A DNA stretch of 64,000 nt from the human T2T-CHM13v2.0 reference genome, Homo sapiens. Location: the NCBI RefSeq assembly GCF_009914755.1, contig NC_060928.1; one strand, given 5' to 3'. A model generated the notes under the pieces. That model saw nothing but the letters and a program-made list of their open reading frames with translations. It was not told where the DNA came from and did not search any database. A program made the translations under genes and the position numbers. Each line of letters opens with the position of its first letter. Position 1 is the first letter of the stretch. Positions 1 through 14,082 of the stretch are shown here, in pieces.

Positions 1-1324
1 ACATCAGATTTGCCTCAAACAGGTGCTGGCACAGATGGCCTGCTCACAAGTCCTGGCTTTATTTACAGCTTTTAAACACAGACAGATAAATTGACAAAAA
101 TGTTTCTCGATTTTATAATGTGCCGAATGCCCAAATTTGGCTATAAACTTATATTAATTTGTAAATGATTCACTTTAAACCTTGACCTCCCAAGTCATCA
201 GTAGCCTTAAAAAGACCATTTGTCTCCCCTGTTGTTTGCATACTTATGTGAATAGATTATCTCATATTTGCTATTGGTTGGATATGCCTTGTTTACTGCC
301 TTGATCATTTAATGATGATCTTTATTAAGTCAAATTGCATGTAGTCTGATGGCTAGATATTTCCAACCTCGTTGTGATTCCTTAAAGGATAATTATGCCG
401 TCTCTATTTTACTAGCCTTGGAGCATGACATTTAATAGGAATAGCAAAATAAATGACATGGAGCCCAAATGAAACTATCTTCAGGAAGAAGTTGATGGTG
501 TTGTTTCCTCCAGGTGATAAAATGTATCTGGAGAAACCATACTGTATATGTAGCCTGCAACATTATTTAATCTTTGCTGTGGTCTAAGATTTGGCATAGG
601 TGCACCAAAGGTTAAAATGTTAAAATTAAAAGTGAGTATTAAAGGGCACCAGAAAATGAGGACTAACATACATCCTTAAATTGGCTTATATTAAGGTATT
701 AATTTATCCCTACCCCAGTCTTATGTTTCTGAAGGGCTGAAAAACAGAGGAAATTGAGATCCAGCTCTATATTCATCAAGGAAAATATTTCAGAAGTGAA
801 AGTATGAAATGTTGCTTTCTCCATTTGTGCATAAGATCCATAGACCTATCTATTGAGTAGGTCATAAGAAAGCTGCTTACTAATACGACACCCTGCCCCC
901 TGTGCTTTACAAAGCTGTGTGTAACTTCGCTCTGTGTGTGCTTATGTGGTTCATAATTATTAACAATCTTGATCTTACATCCTGAGATTAGTGTTTATTA
1001 TGTAAATCTTTCTTCTTCTGAATATAATTTATGTTTTGTGTATTAGAACTGCAGGGTGGATCATCCATTGGTATTTGGGGAACTATAATGATTGAATGTA
1101 ATTTTTTTAGACTTTTTCATTCTTTGTGGGGATTCATTTCATCTAAGGGTGCAGGGCATGGGAGGGAGTGTGTGTCTTTGTAATGTGTCATTGTTCTCCT
1201 TTAACCCGCTTGTGTGATTTGCTTTAGCATTTTTTTCTTCTTAATTAATGCTTCCATCCTCATCCTTGCTGTGGCTGCTCATGTGTCCTCCTCCTCCTCC
1301 TGTCTTCTGCTTCTGACACTAAAG

Positions 1325-1420
1325 TGCGCAGCCCGCTTGAGAACTCAGTGCCCTGCCTAGCAACCCGCACCTTGGATGATGACCCCCGAGTGCGGCGCAC
1401 TCCCAGCGTGGGATGGCTAA
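1325..1420 (+). CDS. SLC4A4: Candidate in-frame alternative cassette exon of SLC4A4 (96 nt, 32 aa: (V)RSPLENSVPCLATRTLDDDPRVRRTPSVGWL(S))
   Basis: Polypyrimidine tract plus AG (tcctcctcctcctcctgtcttctgcttctgacactaaag) ends at 1324; donor AA|gtaagt at 1421. Length 96 nt. Open only in the phase-1 frame, which matches the phase-1 start of the next SLC4A4 exon; the other two frames contain stops. 7 CpGs in 96 nt against a CpG-depleted background. Confidence 0.65.
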
Positions 1421-1689
1421 GTAAGTCAATGGCTGGGGAAAGGGCAAGGAAGGTGGCGGTGGTCGGGAGAGGGAGGGCAGGAAGATCGGGCTCATGGTTA
1501 CTGAGTGGAGGGAAACCTCAAGAATGCCTGAAAGTGTAAGATGTAAATATTCCTAAAGTCGTAATTGCTGACTTATTTCTTCTACTGTCAAAGAGTACAG
1601 TAATAAAGAACTTCCTGGGTGATCTGCTGTCCTGAATCCAAGTTGAGGACATTGTAAGGCAGTGGAAGGATTGTGAGACTAAGGGGTGG

Positions 1690-1860
1690 GGCTGGCACTG
1701 GCAGCCCTCCCTCCATGGGACACTTCTCTGAACCTCAGTTTCCTCATGGTGATGCTGAACCTTCTTACTTCAGAGGACTGGGAGGAAGGTCACTGGAGAT
1801 GAGGTCTCTGAAGGTGGTTTGAAAGCATTCAAGTGCTAAGTAAGAGGAAGAGCTTACTAA
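1690..1860. mobile_element. MIR fragment
   Basis: cttctctgaacctcagtttcctcat core motif. Confidence 0.55.
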
Positions 1861-2409
1861 GTTAATAATGTTAAATACCTCAAATACCTACTATATGCCA
1901 GAAAGACAGAATGGGCTATGGACAACAAAAAAGGGGAATAAGATAGAATCTTTACTTTTTAAAAATTTAGAGCTTGGTAAAGTGACAAGATTTATGTACC
2001 TAAAACCAAAAGAGAACATGCACAGGAAGCTACATGCACTTTCCCACAGGTTTCTAAACTGAGTATATGTGATATAATTTTTTTAAAGTAGAGTATTAAG
2101 AGATGAATAAGGTGATTCCCTGTCCTTGGGGGGTTTCCTTTCTAATGAAGGAGACAGGACATAAATAGATAACAATTGTATAAAATGATAAGTGAAATGA
2201 ATGAAAATACATACACACACACACGATTGTGAGAACATACCCTTGGTCTGGGAGTGGCAGTAATAGAAAGGGCTTTTAGAGCAGGTGTTTTCTGAGCTAA
2301 ATCTTAAAGGAAAAGTATGAGTTTGATATATCCATAAAATAGAAACTTAATAATTTTCCTTGAATAATAAAAGTTACAAATACTAAATACTTTATGTTAT
2401 GCTATTTAA

Positions 2410-2530
2410 TTTTCTGAAGAATCTTGTGAAGTGGCTATTGTTATTACCCACATTTGACAGATGAAGAAATTAGAAAGGTTAAGTAACTTGCCTAGATCAC
2501 ACAGGTCATAAGTGTGTAGGGCAGGACTTG
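2410..2530. mobile_element. MIR fragment
   Basis: attacccacatttgacagatgaagaaattagaaaggttaagtaacttgcctagatcacacag. Confidence 0.65.
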
Positions 2531-2754
2531 AGCTTCATCATATGGTAGTTTCAACTATAATTTTATGGGTGATGCCTTACTGAAGTTAAAGTATAGGAAA
2601 CTTACATGGTCAGATTGCCCAAAAGATCTGCTAATCCCACAATGAAGCTCTAACACTCACATGATTCTCTCTGCAAGAATCAAGCATTTCTTCTAATAAA
2701 TTCTTTTACTACTTAATGATGCCTCTTGGGGAAAAAAATTTCAGGTAAAAAGTT

Positions 2755-2970
2755 TGGGCCTTGGAGTATAAAGTCAGGCAGGAATGGGTCTGAATCCTGG
2801 ATCTACCACTCCTGGCTTCCTGACTTTGGGCAAATTACTCTTTTACCGTAAACCTGGGTGTTTCAACCAACTATAAAACTGAGTTAATCTTACCAACATA
2901 GGATTGTTGTGAGAATTAAATTAGAAATATCTAAAGTATCTAGTGTAGTGCTCAGCACTCAGTTAATCCA
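2755..2970. mobile_element. MIR
   Basis: gggtctgaatcctggatctaccact...gactttgggcaaattac...ggattgttgtgagaattaaat. Confidence 0.65.
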
Positions 2971-3440
2971 GCATTACTGCTGATAGCAAAGTTCTTATAG
3001 AAATTGCTCAAGAAATTCTAGCTGTTTTTATTTTTTTAAGTTTCATTTATTCCATGTCAGACATCCAGACATTGAAGTATTTTTGTCGATAAAGTGTCAA
3101 GGAAATTGACCAAAGTGTTCAGTTTGCGGATGATATGGAAATATGGCAGCTATTTGGAAATCAACTTGAGACCAAACCCTGGACCAATCCTTCTGAGAAA
3201 CACATTTTAGTAATGAGGGAGGATTCTTCTCATTGTCTCTTTATGTGATGTAATCTCTCCCTAAATAATCAGCTTTGATGTATAATCACCTTCCCTAGGG
3301 CTTCTAATACTTACTGTATCCATTCAGTAAATGAAATAGACACCTAGTGAATAACTAAGGTGTGCAAAGTAGTGTTAAATACTGCTGGTTTTACCTACCT
3401 ATTCAACCTCACTTTTGTCTCTTCTCAATATAAACTCTAA

Positions 3441-3878
<438 letters not shown>

Positions 3879-5429
3879 TGAAGTTCCATCTCCTTTGTAA
3901 AATAGTTCTTATAAACACAGATCTTTTCAAGTCTTAAAATTCCATAACTCCTATTTTCTGTGCCTCACAATGGAAGATTTACCATATATTGTCTTACGTT
4001 GTTCTCTGATGTTTCATTGTCTTTATTTTTTCATTTCAACTATCTACATAAAAAAAAGCCTTCTCTAGGGTCTGTATCTCATGCTTTTGTGTCTCCTCTG
4101 GTGCAGGTACTTGAAACAAGGGTGTTGTACAATACACATTTGTTGACCCTTGATACTCCATCATTTCATTAAAAGCAACCAACAGCCCAGTTTTCACTAG
4201 GGCCCATCTTGGTCACCAGAAACCGTTAACCAAAAGTGAATATGGTTTACTTGTAAAAACTATTTCACCATATTTCTGCATATCCTGGTCTGATGAATTT
4301 GATTATCAATTTATTCTAATTGTTAACATGGACTTAAAAAACTGCCAGAATATTAGCTAAAAACAAATTTGTAACAAGGTTTTTTAAAGTTTATCTTTAA
4401 AGATTTTAGCAAGATATTTTCAGGCCTAATGTAACTAGAAGTTACTAACTACCTTTAAAAGCTTCATTTAAAGTTCCTTTTAAGGAGTAAGCTCTCATCA
4501 TTTTTACATTGTGTGCTTCTTATCTTCATTGTCACCTGAGGCAGATGTGAGCCTAGAGCTCTTATCCATTTCAAATGCTGCCAAGGTATTGAATTAGAAT
4601 TTGGAACAAAACCAAAAATGATTTCCTCTTACAGATCTCACCGGCAGGCCTGAAACCAGCCTGGGCTGGGGAAAACAAAGAGAAGCTACTTTTCAGGACA
4701 AGTTAATACCCACCTAAATGCCTTGCCATTATTAGAGCATAAGAACATACCCTATCTTGCTAGATCCAGAATGGCTTTTCACTCTTAGCGCTTATCTGTG
4801 AATTCAGTTTGACATCTAGCAGCCAGCATCATCTGAGCCCTTAGAAAACACTTGTGTCCTTTTGCATTTACTGGCAGTCGAAATCAGCTGCTTCAGACTC
4901 TCAGGTCTGAACTTCAAAGAAGAAAAGGAGGTTCAGAGTTTTTTTCTGTCATCTTATGCACATTCCTGGCATCTGCCTTCACCTTGCTTTGTATTTTACC
5001 TGTCTAGTTTGTCCATCTACTGGGCAGGGACCTGGTCCAGTTCAGTGTTTTGCTTTGCAAGTACTTACCCAGTGTTTAATGTTATTATTATCATCCCAAG
5101 TATTAGTAGTTGTAATACTGTTTTCTTTGTTTTTTTTTTTTATTTAATGAAACCACAGTGGTATAACTGTAGATTCTTGTTTCATCCTACAATCAGGCTA
5201 CACAGTTAACATTAGAATTTAAATAACTGAATTGTAAGTGGACATTTTTTTGCTTTTAAAAATTTTTCTTTGAGCATTTCTGGAATTAAACAATTCAAAA
5301 TCTTTTAACTTTTGGAGAGTTTACTGACTAAATTAAAATTACATAATTTTTCTCTGGCTCTAGGGTCTTCATAAAGTTTTACTTCTTTAGGAAAATGGTG
5401 AACCCAGAGAATTCACTTTAACAAGTTCA

Positions 5430-6240
5430 ATTCAACAGCTGTTCACCAAGCTTCCACTCTTCTAGTTATATGGTCCAATCAGAGGGAAGGAGATAAGGGA
5501 AACTCACAAATAACAATCATTTGAGAGAAGCTATGGTAAGTGCCACCAGGAGGGTAGGGGGCAGACTGGTTTGTCTACAGTGTGTACAACAGTAGCATTT
5601 ATTATACTCTCTGCAAATACTAATTAGAAGAATGAATGGTGGGGTATAAACAGAGAATTGGGAAAAGAATTCTTGGGAGAGACAGACTTTTCAATGGACC
5701 TTATATATTTCCGTAAATAGAGATTGTAGTAAGAGCAGGGTGAGACATTGAAAGATCATGCTAGGCTAGAGAAAAGTAAAAAAGCAACCATGTTGTTGAG
5801 AAAGTATAAATAAGAGTTTGTATGAGGTAGAGTGAGTTGATACATTAAATTAGCAGAAAGGGCATGGGAAGAAGATGTGTGGAGCTAGAGTGGCAAAATA
5901 ATTGGGCCATTTTGTGGAAGGTCTATGAAAGTTTTTAGTACGGAGATAGCATGGTTAGAACTTTATGTTAGGGAAATTAACCTGTCAGTCATTCTTTGAG
6001 TGGGAATCAGTTAGGAGATGATTTCAGTAGACCAGTGCTGGAAAAAGGATTTAAGCTAGGATTGCGACTGTGGAAGTGGAAAGGAGGGGATAATGCAAGA
6101 AATGTTATAGGAATGGTGTTGTCTAGACTCAATAACTGACTGAATGTTAGGGGAGGAAGAGAAAGGAGTCCAGGATGCCTCAGGAGGTAGCAACCAGGAA
6201 GATCATAGGAAACCATTCATGGGCACAGGTGCTGGGTTTA
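5430..6240. mobile_element. Degenerate L2 fragments
   Basis: Purine-rich tracts such as gggaggaagagaaaggagtccaggatgcctcagg resemble L2; approximate boundaries. Confidence 0.45.
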
Positions 6241-7169
6241 CAGAAGCATGACAGTTAAGATTTCTGCTCCCATCATACGTGTTGTGACCATCTTTGAAGA
6301 TATGTTTCACTAGCAGATTTTTAGGTTACCCATCATGGGCCAAGACTCTTCTAGATTCCTGCTTTGTTATCACACTCTTAGCTTGGTGTTTTTTTCTCCT
6401 AAACTTTCTTTTGAGGTGGAGAACAACCACCACATCACAACTCTCTTTATTGCCCAGTGAATTTTGAGCATTCTTATCTTGATTCCAAGCATCTCACTTT
6501 CCATCCCTCTGTTTTTTTCAGATGCAGACTTGTTTTTGAATGGAAATATTATTTGGGTCACTTATTGTACCATTTCCACGTATATTTTTGGCCTTTAAAA
6601 TCTAAAGCAATTCCAAGTACAACTTTAAAAATTCCTTCACTGTAGCTTTTCATAGTCACAATTTTCAAAAGATTGTAAGAAATAAAATCTTTCAGCAACC
6701 TGATGTCTATGTTCAGACTTTTTAGTTAACGTAAGACATTCAGAAATTGTATGTGGTATGCAAGAATGAGTTACAACATTCTTAAGATACAGGCAGTTCT
6801 AACCACTTTTTAATAAAGGAATTAGTTACTGTTTATCCTGAATTTATGAAAAACATATCATAAATTATTTCCTTGATATCTAATATTACATTTACAATGG
6901 ACTAAAATATATTATGCTGACTTTAGACAACTATAAATAGAGAAAATCAAGATGAGAGAATAAAAACGTAGAAATTCTGTTATATTTCAGAATACTGGGG
7001 ACTTGGAGGAGATTTCAAGAGGCACATATTTGGAAAAACGTTGGCAGTCTGCTAAAATTGTAAAACAGTTTTTTTTTTTTCCTAATAAGATTTTGGGATT
7101 TGTGAGGATTCAGACTTGTGCTTGACAAAATGGTGATATGTGTGATATATTTATAATCAGACTCTCCTG

Positions 7170-7985
7170 CTCATCACCAAAGCTGTCTGTTTTCCAAACC
7201 TTCCTGATCCTTACCATCTTTCTCCCTTCTTTCGGACTTGGAACCTTAGCGTCAACTTTGATTAATGCAACTTTGATTATACCTCCAGTATACCACTAAA
7301 CCTGTTAAATGTTACCTCCATATTGTTGCTTGCCTCAGTCTCCTTTCCAGTCTGACTTTCCTTGCTTTTGTTCATGTCCTTATTTCCTTTTGCTTAGTCT
7401 GATCCAGTAGCTTGTTTTCTGGGGTCAGTGGTTATAGTTGGGCATATGGAAACGCATCTTACACTTTGTTCCAGTTGACCTTATCATACCTGGCTGATAA
7501 GTTACCTCCTCATGTGGAAGTGTTCAGTGGTACCTGAGAGGATCTCAGGCAACCTCCAAATGCTTGAGTCTGGCATTCAAGGCCTAACCCATAGTGAACT
7601 AAAGTTGATTAAGTAGTATTTCACACATCTTTCTGTATTTGCCTTTATCTATACTACATTTCAGCAGTCACTTCCCATTACTAGAATTTGCTGGACGCTT
7701 AGTGCCTTTATCCTGAATGATTTTTCCACTTGGAATATTCTTCTTCCTCCTGAAACTTTCTGTTAAAATCTTGACCATCCTTCAAGGCCCACATTCTCCT
7801 TGAAGGCTTCTTAACTTGAGGTGCTCTTTACTGACCTTGAACTCTGATCCTTTTCTGAGACTCCTCACATGACATTTATCTCATTCTACTTTGCACTATA
7901 ATGTATGAGTACATGTCTTATTCCCTTTACTAGCTATCAATTTCTTAAGGGCAGGAATGTGTCTGATTCATTTAGGTATCCTTTA
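7170..7985. mobile_element. Degenerate L2
   Basis: ccatccttcaaggccc...cttaagggcaggaatgtgtctgattcatt typical of the L2 3' region. Confidence 0.5.
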
Positions 7986-7988
7986 TTG

Positions 7989-8198
7989 CAGGGATTGACA
8001 AACTGTGGCCTATGTACAAAATCCAGCTTGCCACCTGGTTTTGTAAATAAAGTTTTGTTGGAATAAAGCCATGCTCATTAGTTTATATTGTTGTCTATAT
8101 AGCTGCTTTCATGCTACAATGACGGAGTAGTGGCGGAGATCATGTAGCCTACAAAACCTGAAATATTTACTACCTGTCATTAAAACATTTTCTGACCC
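7989..8198 (+). mobile_element. MER58A (hAT-Charlie MITE)
   Basis: cagggattgacaaactgtggcc...ttttgtaaataaagttttgttggaa...cctgaaatatttactacctg...tctgaccct. Confidence 0.8.
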
Positions 8199-8274
8199 TT
8201 ATACTGTAGTCCTGATTCTCAAAGTAGGAACTGAAGAGCCCTAAGTGTCCCTGAGACCCTTTCAAAGGGATTGA

Positions 8275-8791
<517 letters not shown>

Positions 8792-8924
8792 TCCTAAAAT
8801 ATATTTTAACAGGTTGAACACAGAAGCAGACAAGAAAATCCAATTGTGTGTCATTTAATCATATATATATATATATTTAAAATATATATATGTTTAAAAT
8901 ATATATACATATATTTAAATGTAT

Positions 8925-9224
8925 TTTATTATTTATTTTTGAGTTGGAGTCTCACTTACTCTGTCACCCAGGCTGGAGTGCAGTGGTGCGATCTGTCTCA
9001 CTGCAACCTCCACTTCTTGGGTTCAAGCGATTCTCCTGCCTCAGTCTCCCAAGTAGCTGGGACTACATATGTGCGCCACCATGCCCAGCTAATTTTTGTG
9101 TTTTTAGTAGAGACGGGGTTTTGCCATGTTGCCGAGGCTGGTCTCGAACTCCTGGTGTCAAGTTATCCACCTGCCTCAGCCTCCCAAAGTCCTGGGATTA
9201 CAGGCGTGAGCACCTCACCTGGCC
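8925..9224 (-). mobile_element. AluS/J
   Basis: Full dimeric Alu reverse complement preceded by an AT-rich tail. Confidence 0.92.
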
Positions 9225-9819
9225 TCATTTGGTTGTATATTAAAGAGATTTGTAAAAATGTGAAACAGTGCCTTTCTTTTTATGAAATTTTTTGTTTCTG
9301 AAAGTATAGTTGTTTTTCATAAGATATACGACTTATGTTAACACGCAATGGTTTATTGTTAAAGTGAATTAATGAATAAATATTTAAAAATTTTTAGTTT
9401 TAATTCCTAATGTAACACGTATTGATAGATATGACCCAAATAAACAGACCCTCTTAATATTTAATTGTGTAAAGGTGTTCTGAGACCAAAAAGTTTGATA
9501 ACTGCTACTTCTTTGTGTCTGGCAGAATGCCTTATACATAGCAGTAAATCAATATATGCTGAATGAATGAATGAACAATAGAACCAGATGGTTCAAATCA
9601 GGAAATAAATGAAGTGTGGTGGTAATAATTGAAAGTATTGAAAGGGAAGGTTAAGAGTCATTGAGAAATGATATCTACTATGTGTTTGTGACTGTGATTC
9701 CTCTTTGTTCTCCCAGAGAACATTGATGAGGGATAGTGGAGTAGGAATGGTTTTGTTGGGGTGAGAGGAAGAGCAGGTCTTCCTGACTTTCTGTCTTTGC
9801 TGGTTTCATGACAAGTCAT

Positions 9820-10560
9820 GAAGAATGGGCTAGATTTTGCTATAGTGTGAGCTAGCCCCAAACATCTGTGTGGCCTAACAACACAGAAGTTTCTTTCTTA
9901 CTCATGCTACTATATGTGTAATGTGGATCTTCAGGGGTCTCTGCTCATCATTGTTAGTTAGGATCAGGCTAATAGAAGCCTTCTCTCATCTGTGTTTCCA
10001 CAGTCACCGTAGCAGTAAGCAAGGGTCATGGTGACTCACAAGCTGCCTCGTAAAGTTCTGCACAGAAATAATACATCATGTTTGTGTATATTTCATTTGA
10101 CATAGTGAGTCATGTATTGTATTAGTCCATTTTCATGGTGCTGATAAAGACATACCCAAAACTGGGAAGAAGAAGAGGTTTAATTAGACTTACAGTTTCA
10201 TGTGGCTGGGAACGCCTCAGAATCATGGCGGGAGGTGAAAGGCACTTCTTATATGGTAAGAGAAAATGAGGAATAAGCAAAAGCAGAAACCCCTGATAAA
10301 CCCATCAGATCTCGTAAGACTTATTCAGTATCAGGAGAATAGCACAGGAGAGACCAGTCCCCATGATTCAATTACCTCCCCCTGGGTACCTCCCACAACA
10401 CATGGGAATTCTGGGAGATACAATTCAAGTTGAGATTTGGGTGGGGACACAGCCAAATCATACCATGTGTCCACATCTCACTTTGAAGAATGATTATGCT
10501 ACCATGTGCCCTGAAGGTGGAGATTCAGAAATATTTGGTGGGCAGCACTAATGACTACCA
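9820..10560. mobile_element. Old MLT1 (MaLR) LTR, split by the THE1 insertion
   Basis: tgtggcctaacaacacagaagtttctttcttactcatg and tttcatttgacatagtgagtcatg...gaaatatttggtgggcagcactaatgactacca. Confidence 0.55.
10118..10465 (-). mobile_element. THE1C-like solo LTR (ERVL-MaLR)
   Basis: tgtattagtcc...gtggggacacagccaaatcatacca; imperfect 5-bp TSD tgtat/tgtgt. Confidence 0.88.
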
Positions 10561-11109
10561 CCCAGTCACAAAAGGAATTATAACTTGACTTTGGAGTGTG
10601 CTCTTCTTGGCAAGGCTGAGAGCAATGTGAAGTTATGGAAGGCCACTGTGCAGAAAATCTCCTGCATACTCTTACAATGGAGGATGAGGGCTTTTCACAT
10701 AATGAGGGAGGGTTGCCAGTTCAAGGTCTACTGAAGAACTGGTGAGACTGTGGTTTTACAGGAGACTTCTGAAGTATACTACATTAATTTGAAACTGATA
10801 GACAGTCTTTCATGCAAATATACAGTAAAGCACTCTTATTAGACCAAACAATGTCTGGATTTAATGATTGGAGACAGCTCAAGCGCTAAATACTTGAATT
10901 CGTTTGTCTGTGCACATGTGAGTGAGAGAGACAGAAGGAAAAGCAAATGCAGTATTCCAGCTACAGATATCAATTTCAAAGTTAATAATGAAATTTCTTT
11001 TTGGCAGCAAACTGTCGAATTTTACTTTGATGAAAATTGCTGGCAAAATCTTCAGAAACGAGGCTTTTCTTTCCATGGTAAGCTGAATATTTATTGTGTT
11101 TAGACTTGT

Positions 11110-12010
11110 CCTGGTAATTCAGATCTCATTTCTACTCCTCTTAATGCATCCTCCACCTCAATAGATCCTCATTCATCCCCTTGTCAGGCCAAAAAGTCCC
11201 TGTCATCTTAGACTTCTTCTTGCCCTTCACCCTCTGTACCCTTCAGTAACCATACTCTTCTGCCATTTTACTTCTGATTTATTCCCACCCTTCCTTGACT
11301 ATTACAACTGCTCTAATTCAGGTTTTTATCATCATCTCTTGTGGGACCACTTGAATATCCTCTTGTTTTCCACGCCTTCACTCTGACTTCTTAAAATCCA
11401 TCTTTCACAACTGCCAGAAGGATCTACGTTATGAACGCCACACATCACTCCCTCTGCTCAAAAACCTTTAGTGATGACTCTCTATCATTTTTAAACTCAG
11501 GTTCATGTTCCCTAGCCTGGCTAATACTTATAATGTCAAGCCTGAGTTCTCTAGCCTGTGGAATGCTTTTGAACTTGGTCTCTGCCTAACGCCCTAATCA
11601 TCTCTTGCCATTCCCACTCTTGTACTACAAGCTCTTGTAATTTAGATTTCTATATACTTAGATCCCATGCCTTGCAATCTCTCTATCACTTATTCATGCT
11701 GTTCCAATTGCCCCCTCTTGATGTGACTAAATTTAACCTATCCCTAAAGCTCTTATGTCCCGCAGGAGACTTTTTTCATAACTCTCATTATCTCCTCCTC
11801 CTCCCATCGCACTGCACAAATAACTCTCCCTTATTTGTGCTCTCATAACCCCAACCCCCTTCCCCCATTGACTTATCATTATACAATAATACAAATATGT
11901 TTCCTTCATCATTGGCAAAGTATCTAAAGAGCTTGAGCAGAACCCATTCAGTTTTGTATTCTTGGTGCCAAACATAATGTCACACGCTTAGACAAACATT
12001 CTGAACAATA
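11110..12010. mobile_element. Degenerate L2
   Basis: catcactcccctctgctcaaaaacctttagtga and similar L2 motifs. Confidence 0.55.
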
Positions 12011-12661
12011 AGGTGGTTCCATTTTTGTTTTTGACTATTGGACAAAACAGAGTTTGGAGGGAACGATGACGAATTTCTCAAATTCATCTAGATTTCTTTA
12101 TTTGTATGAATTAGTTTTTTTTTTCTGGTGGTGGTGATGGTGATATGTGGAGCTGTTACTGGGCCACAAATTGTGATTCCTCTTGCATAGATTGGGGCTT
12201 TTTTGAAGAAACTGATTTGTTCCTCATCCAGGGTCTAACATAGGGCCTGATACACAGACACTTCATAAATATTTGTTGACTAAATGGACACTTAACCTGA
12301 AAGGGAGAGAAAAGATGAGGTAACGTAAACCTAGAGCAGGAATGATTTTTCTAAATTGATCAGATTTTAGTCTTCATATCGCCCAAAAAACTGACCAGAC
12401 ACAGTGACATGAGGGAAGCTCTGCTGCTTTTCTGTGGCTGCTGATAGTAGTAGAATTTGAGAATTAGATTCTTTGGTTAGGGCCTTCGTTTCTTACTGTC
12501 TAGATCATTCTATCCATGACTGAGATATCACAAACAGGGCAACTATGACTACTCCAGCTATCATTTATTACACCAGTTCCCACAAAACATTTCTCTGAAG
12601 TAAGCATCACTCACTCCTTATTACAGATGAAGGAACTGAGGCTCAGTGAAGTTAAGTATTT

Positions 12662-12995
12662 ATGGTAGTCATTAGGGCTATTCACCAATATTCCAGGTCT
12701 GTCTCTTTCTGGGCAGGTATGAGGACCCTACGTCTTCAACCCACTTGAAGTTAGGTGTGAGCTCATGACTTTCTTTGGCCAAGGAAATGTGAGCAGGAGT
12801 AATAGAGGTCATTTCCCAGGAAAGCTTTAAAGAGAATGGCTGCTCCGTGCATCTGGGTCCTGGCCTGAGGACATAAATGCAGAACCAACCCCCAGCCAAT
12901 CCACAATGGTTATTATCATGAGTAAGAAATAAATCACTGGTGTTTTAAGCCATGAGAATCAAAGATTGTTCTACTGTAATCTAGCCTATCTGACA
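12662..12995. mobile_element. MLT1I/J-like LTR inserted in a MIR (MIR halves about 12600-12661 and 13000-13075)
   Basis: acttgaagttaggtgtgagctcatgactttctttggccaaggaaatgtgagcagg...catgagtaagaaataaatc...tttaagcca. Confidence 0.65.
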
Positions 12996-14013
12996 CGGAG
13001 TGTTTGAGGTCACTCAGTTAGTTGGGGGGAACAGGGTTTGAACTTGGGGGTTTAGACTCCAGATGGCACATTTCCTTGCTATTCCTCCCTCTGCTTCTTG
13101 TTCTCTCTACTCTCAGGTTTCCTTACTTCCAGCCACAGATGCTGCTCTTGTCTGCTCATAAGAAGTGTAGACACTGATGAGTCAGTATTTTACTGTTTCA
13201 AGTCAGAAAATGAAATGCCTGGTGTTTCTCAATGAAGGACAACAAGTCGGCATTCTGAAGTGTAATTTTCTGCAATGGTTCTGTTTTCTGAGACCCATTC
13301 TTATCAATCCCAGGAAACAGCTGGAGCACACTTACTATTATGGGCTGTGATCAGCTTTTGCCTCAGAAAGAGCCATTCACTGTGATGCAAGCAGTAACCA
13401 TGGTTACAAATCGAAGTGCAGTCTTACTAGGTGAATGTAGCAGAGATTCAGCATCCTTTTCGAGGATGAAGAACAGGATCAATTCAACTATAATGACAAG
13501 CTTTTCCATCTGTAAATGTCTTGCTTTAAAAATCGATTCTTCTAGCACACATTTAAGCTAGGGTCTTGATTTTGGGAATTGCTGTAGGTTTCAAGGTTGA
13601 ATTATTTCTCCATTTTCCTGAGAGCACCTTTGAATAATTTTTGTCTGAGTTTCTAGGGAAGTGTCTAGAGCCTGTAAGAAAGTGGCACTTCCTCTTACCC
13701 AGCTAGTGGCTCAGGTTATATTTGTTATTATTATAATAATGACCAAGAGAGCTGTGACTGTTGTCTTCAGTAACAGTGATTATCGTAACCTCAGATTGGG
13801 AAGATTCCTTCTCCCTTTAGTGGCGATAATTTTATCATACCCAGTTATAGGGGTAGAGTTTTGGGGAGTATACTAATTCATTCAGATCATCAATTCATTC
13901 ATTCATTTAAATATTTTTGAGTACTATTCTTTGCTCACTACTCAGCTAGGTGCTGGGAATTTACAATGATTAAGGCAGACACAGTCCCTATCTTAGAGAG
14001 CTACCAGTTAGAC

Positions 14014-14082
14014 CTTTTTTTTTGGAGACACGTCTCGCTGTGTCACCCAGGCTGGAGTGAGGTGGTGTGATCTTGGCTCACT
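14014..14082 (-). mobile_element. 5'-truncated Alu fragment
   Basis: T-run followed by gagacacgtctcgctgtgtcacccaggctggagt...ggctcact. Confidence 0.85.

Noticed and set aside
4620-4720. Good acceptor tttcctcttacag| at about 4633
   Set aside because: No convincing matching donor nearby and no NBCe1-like peptide.
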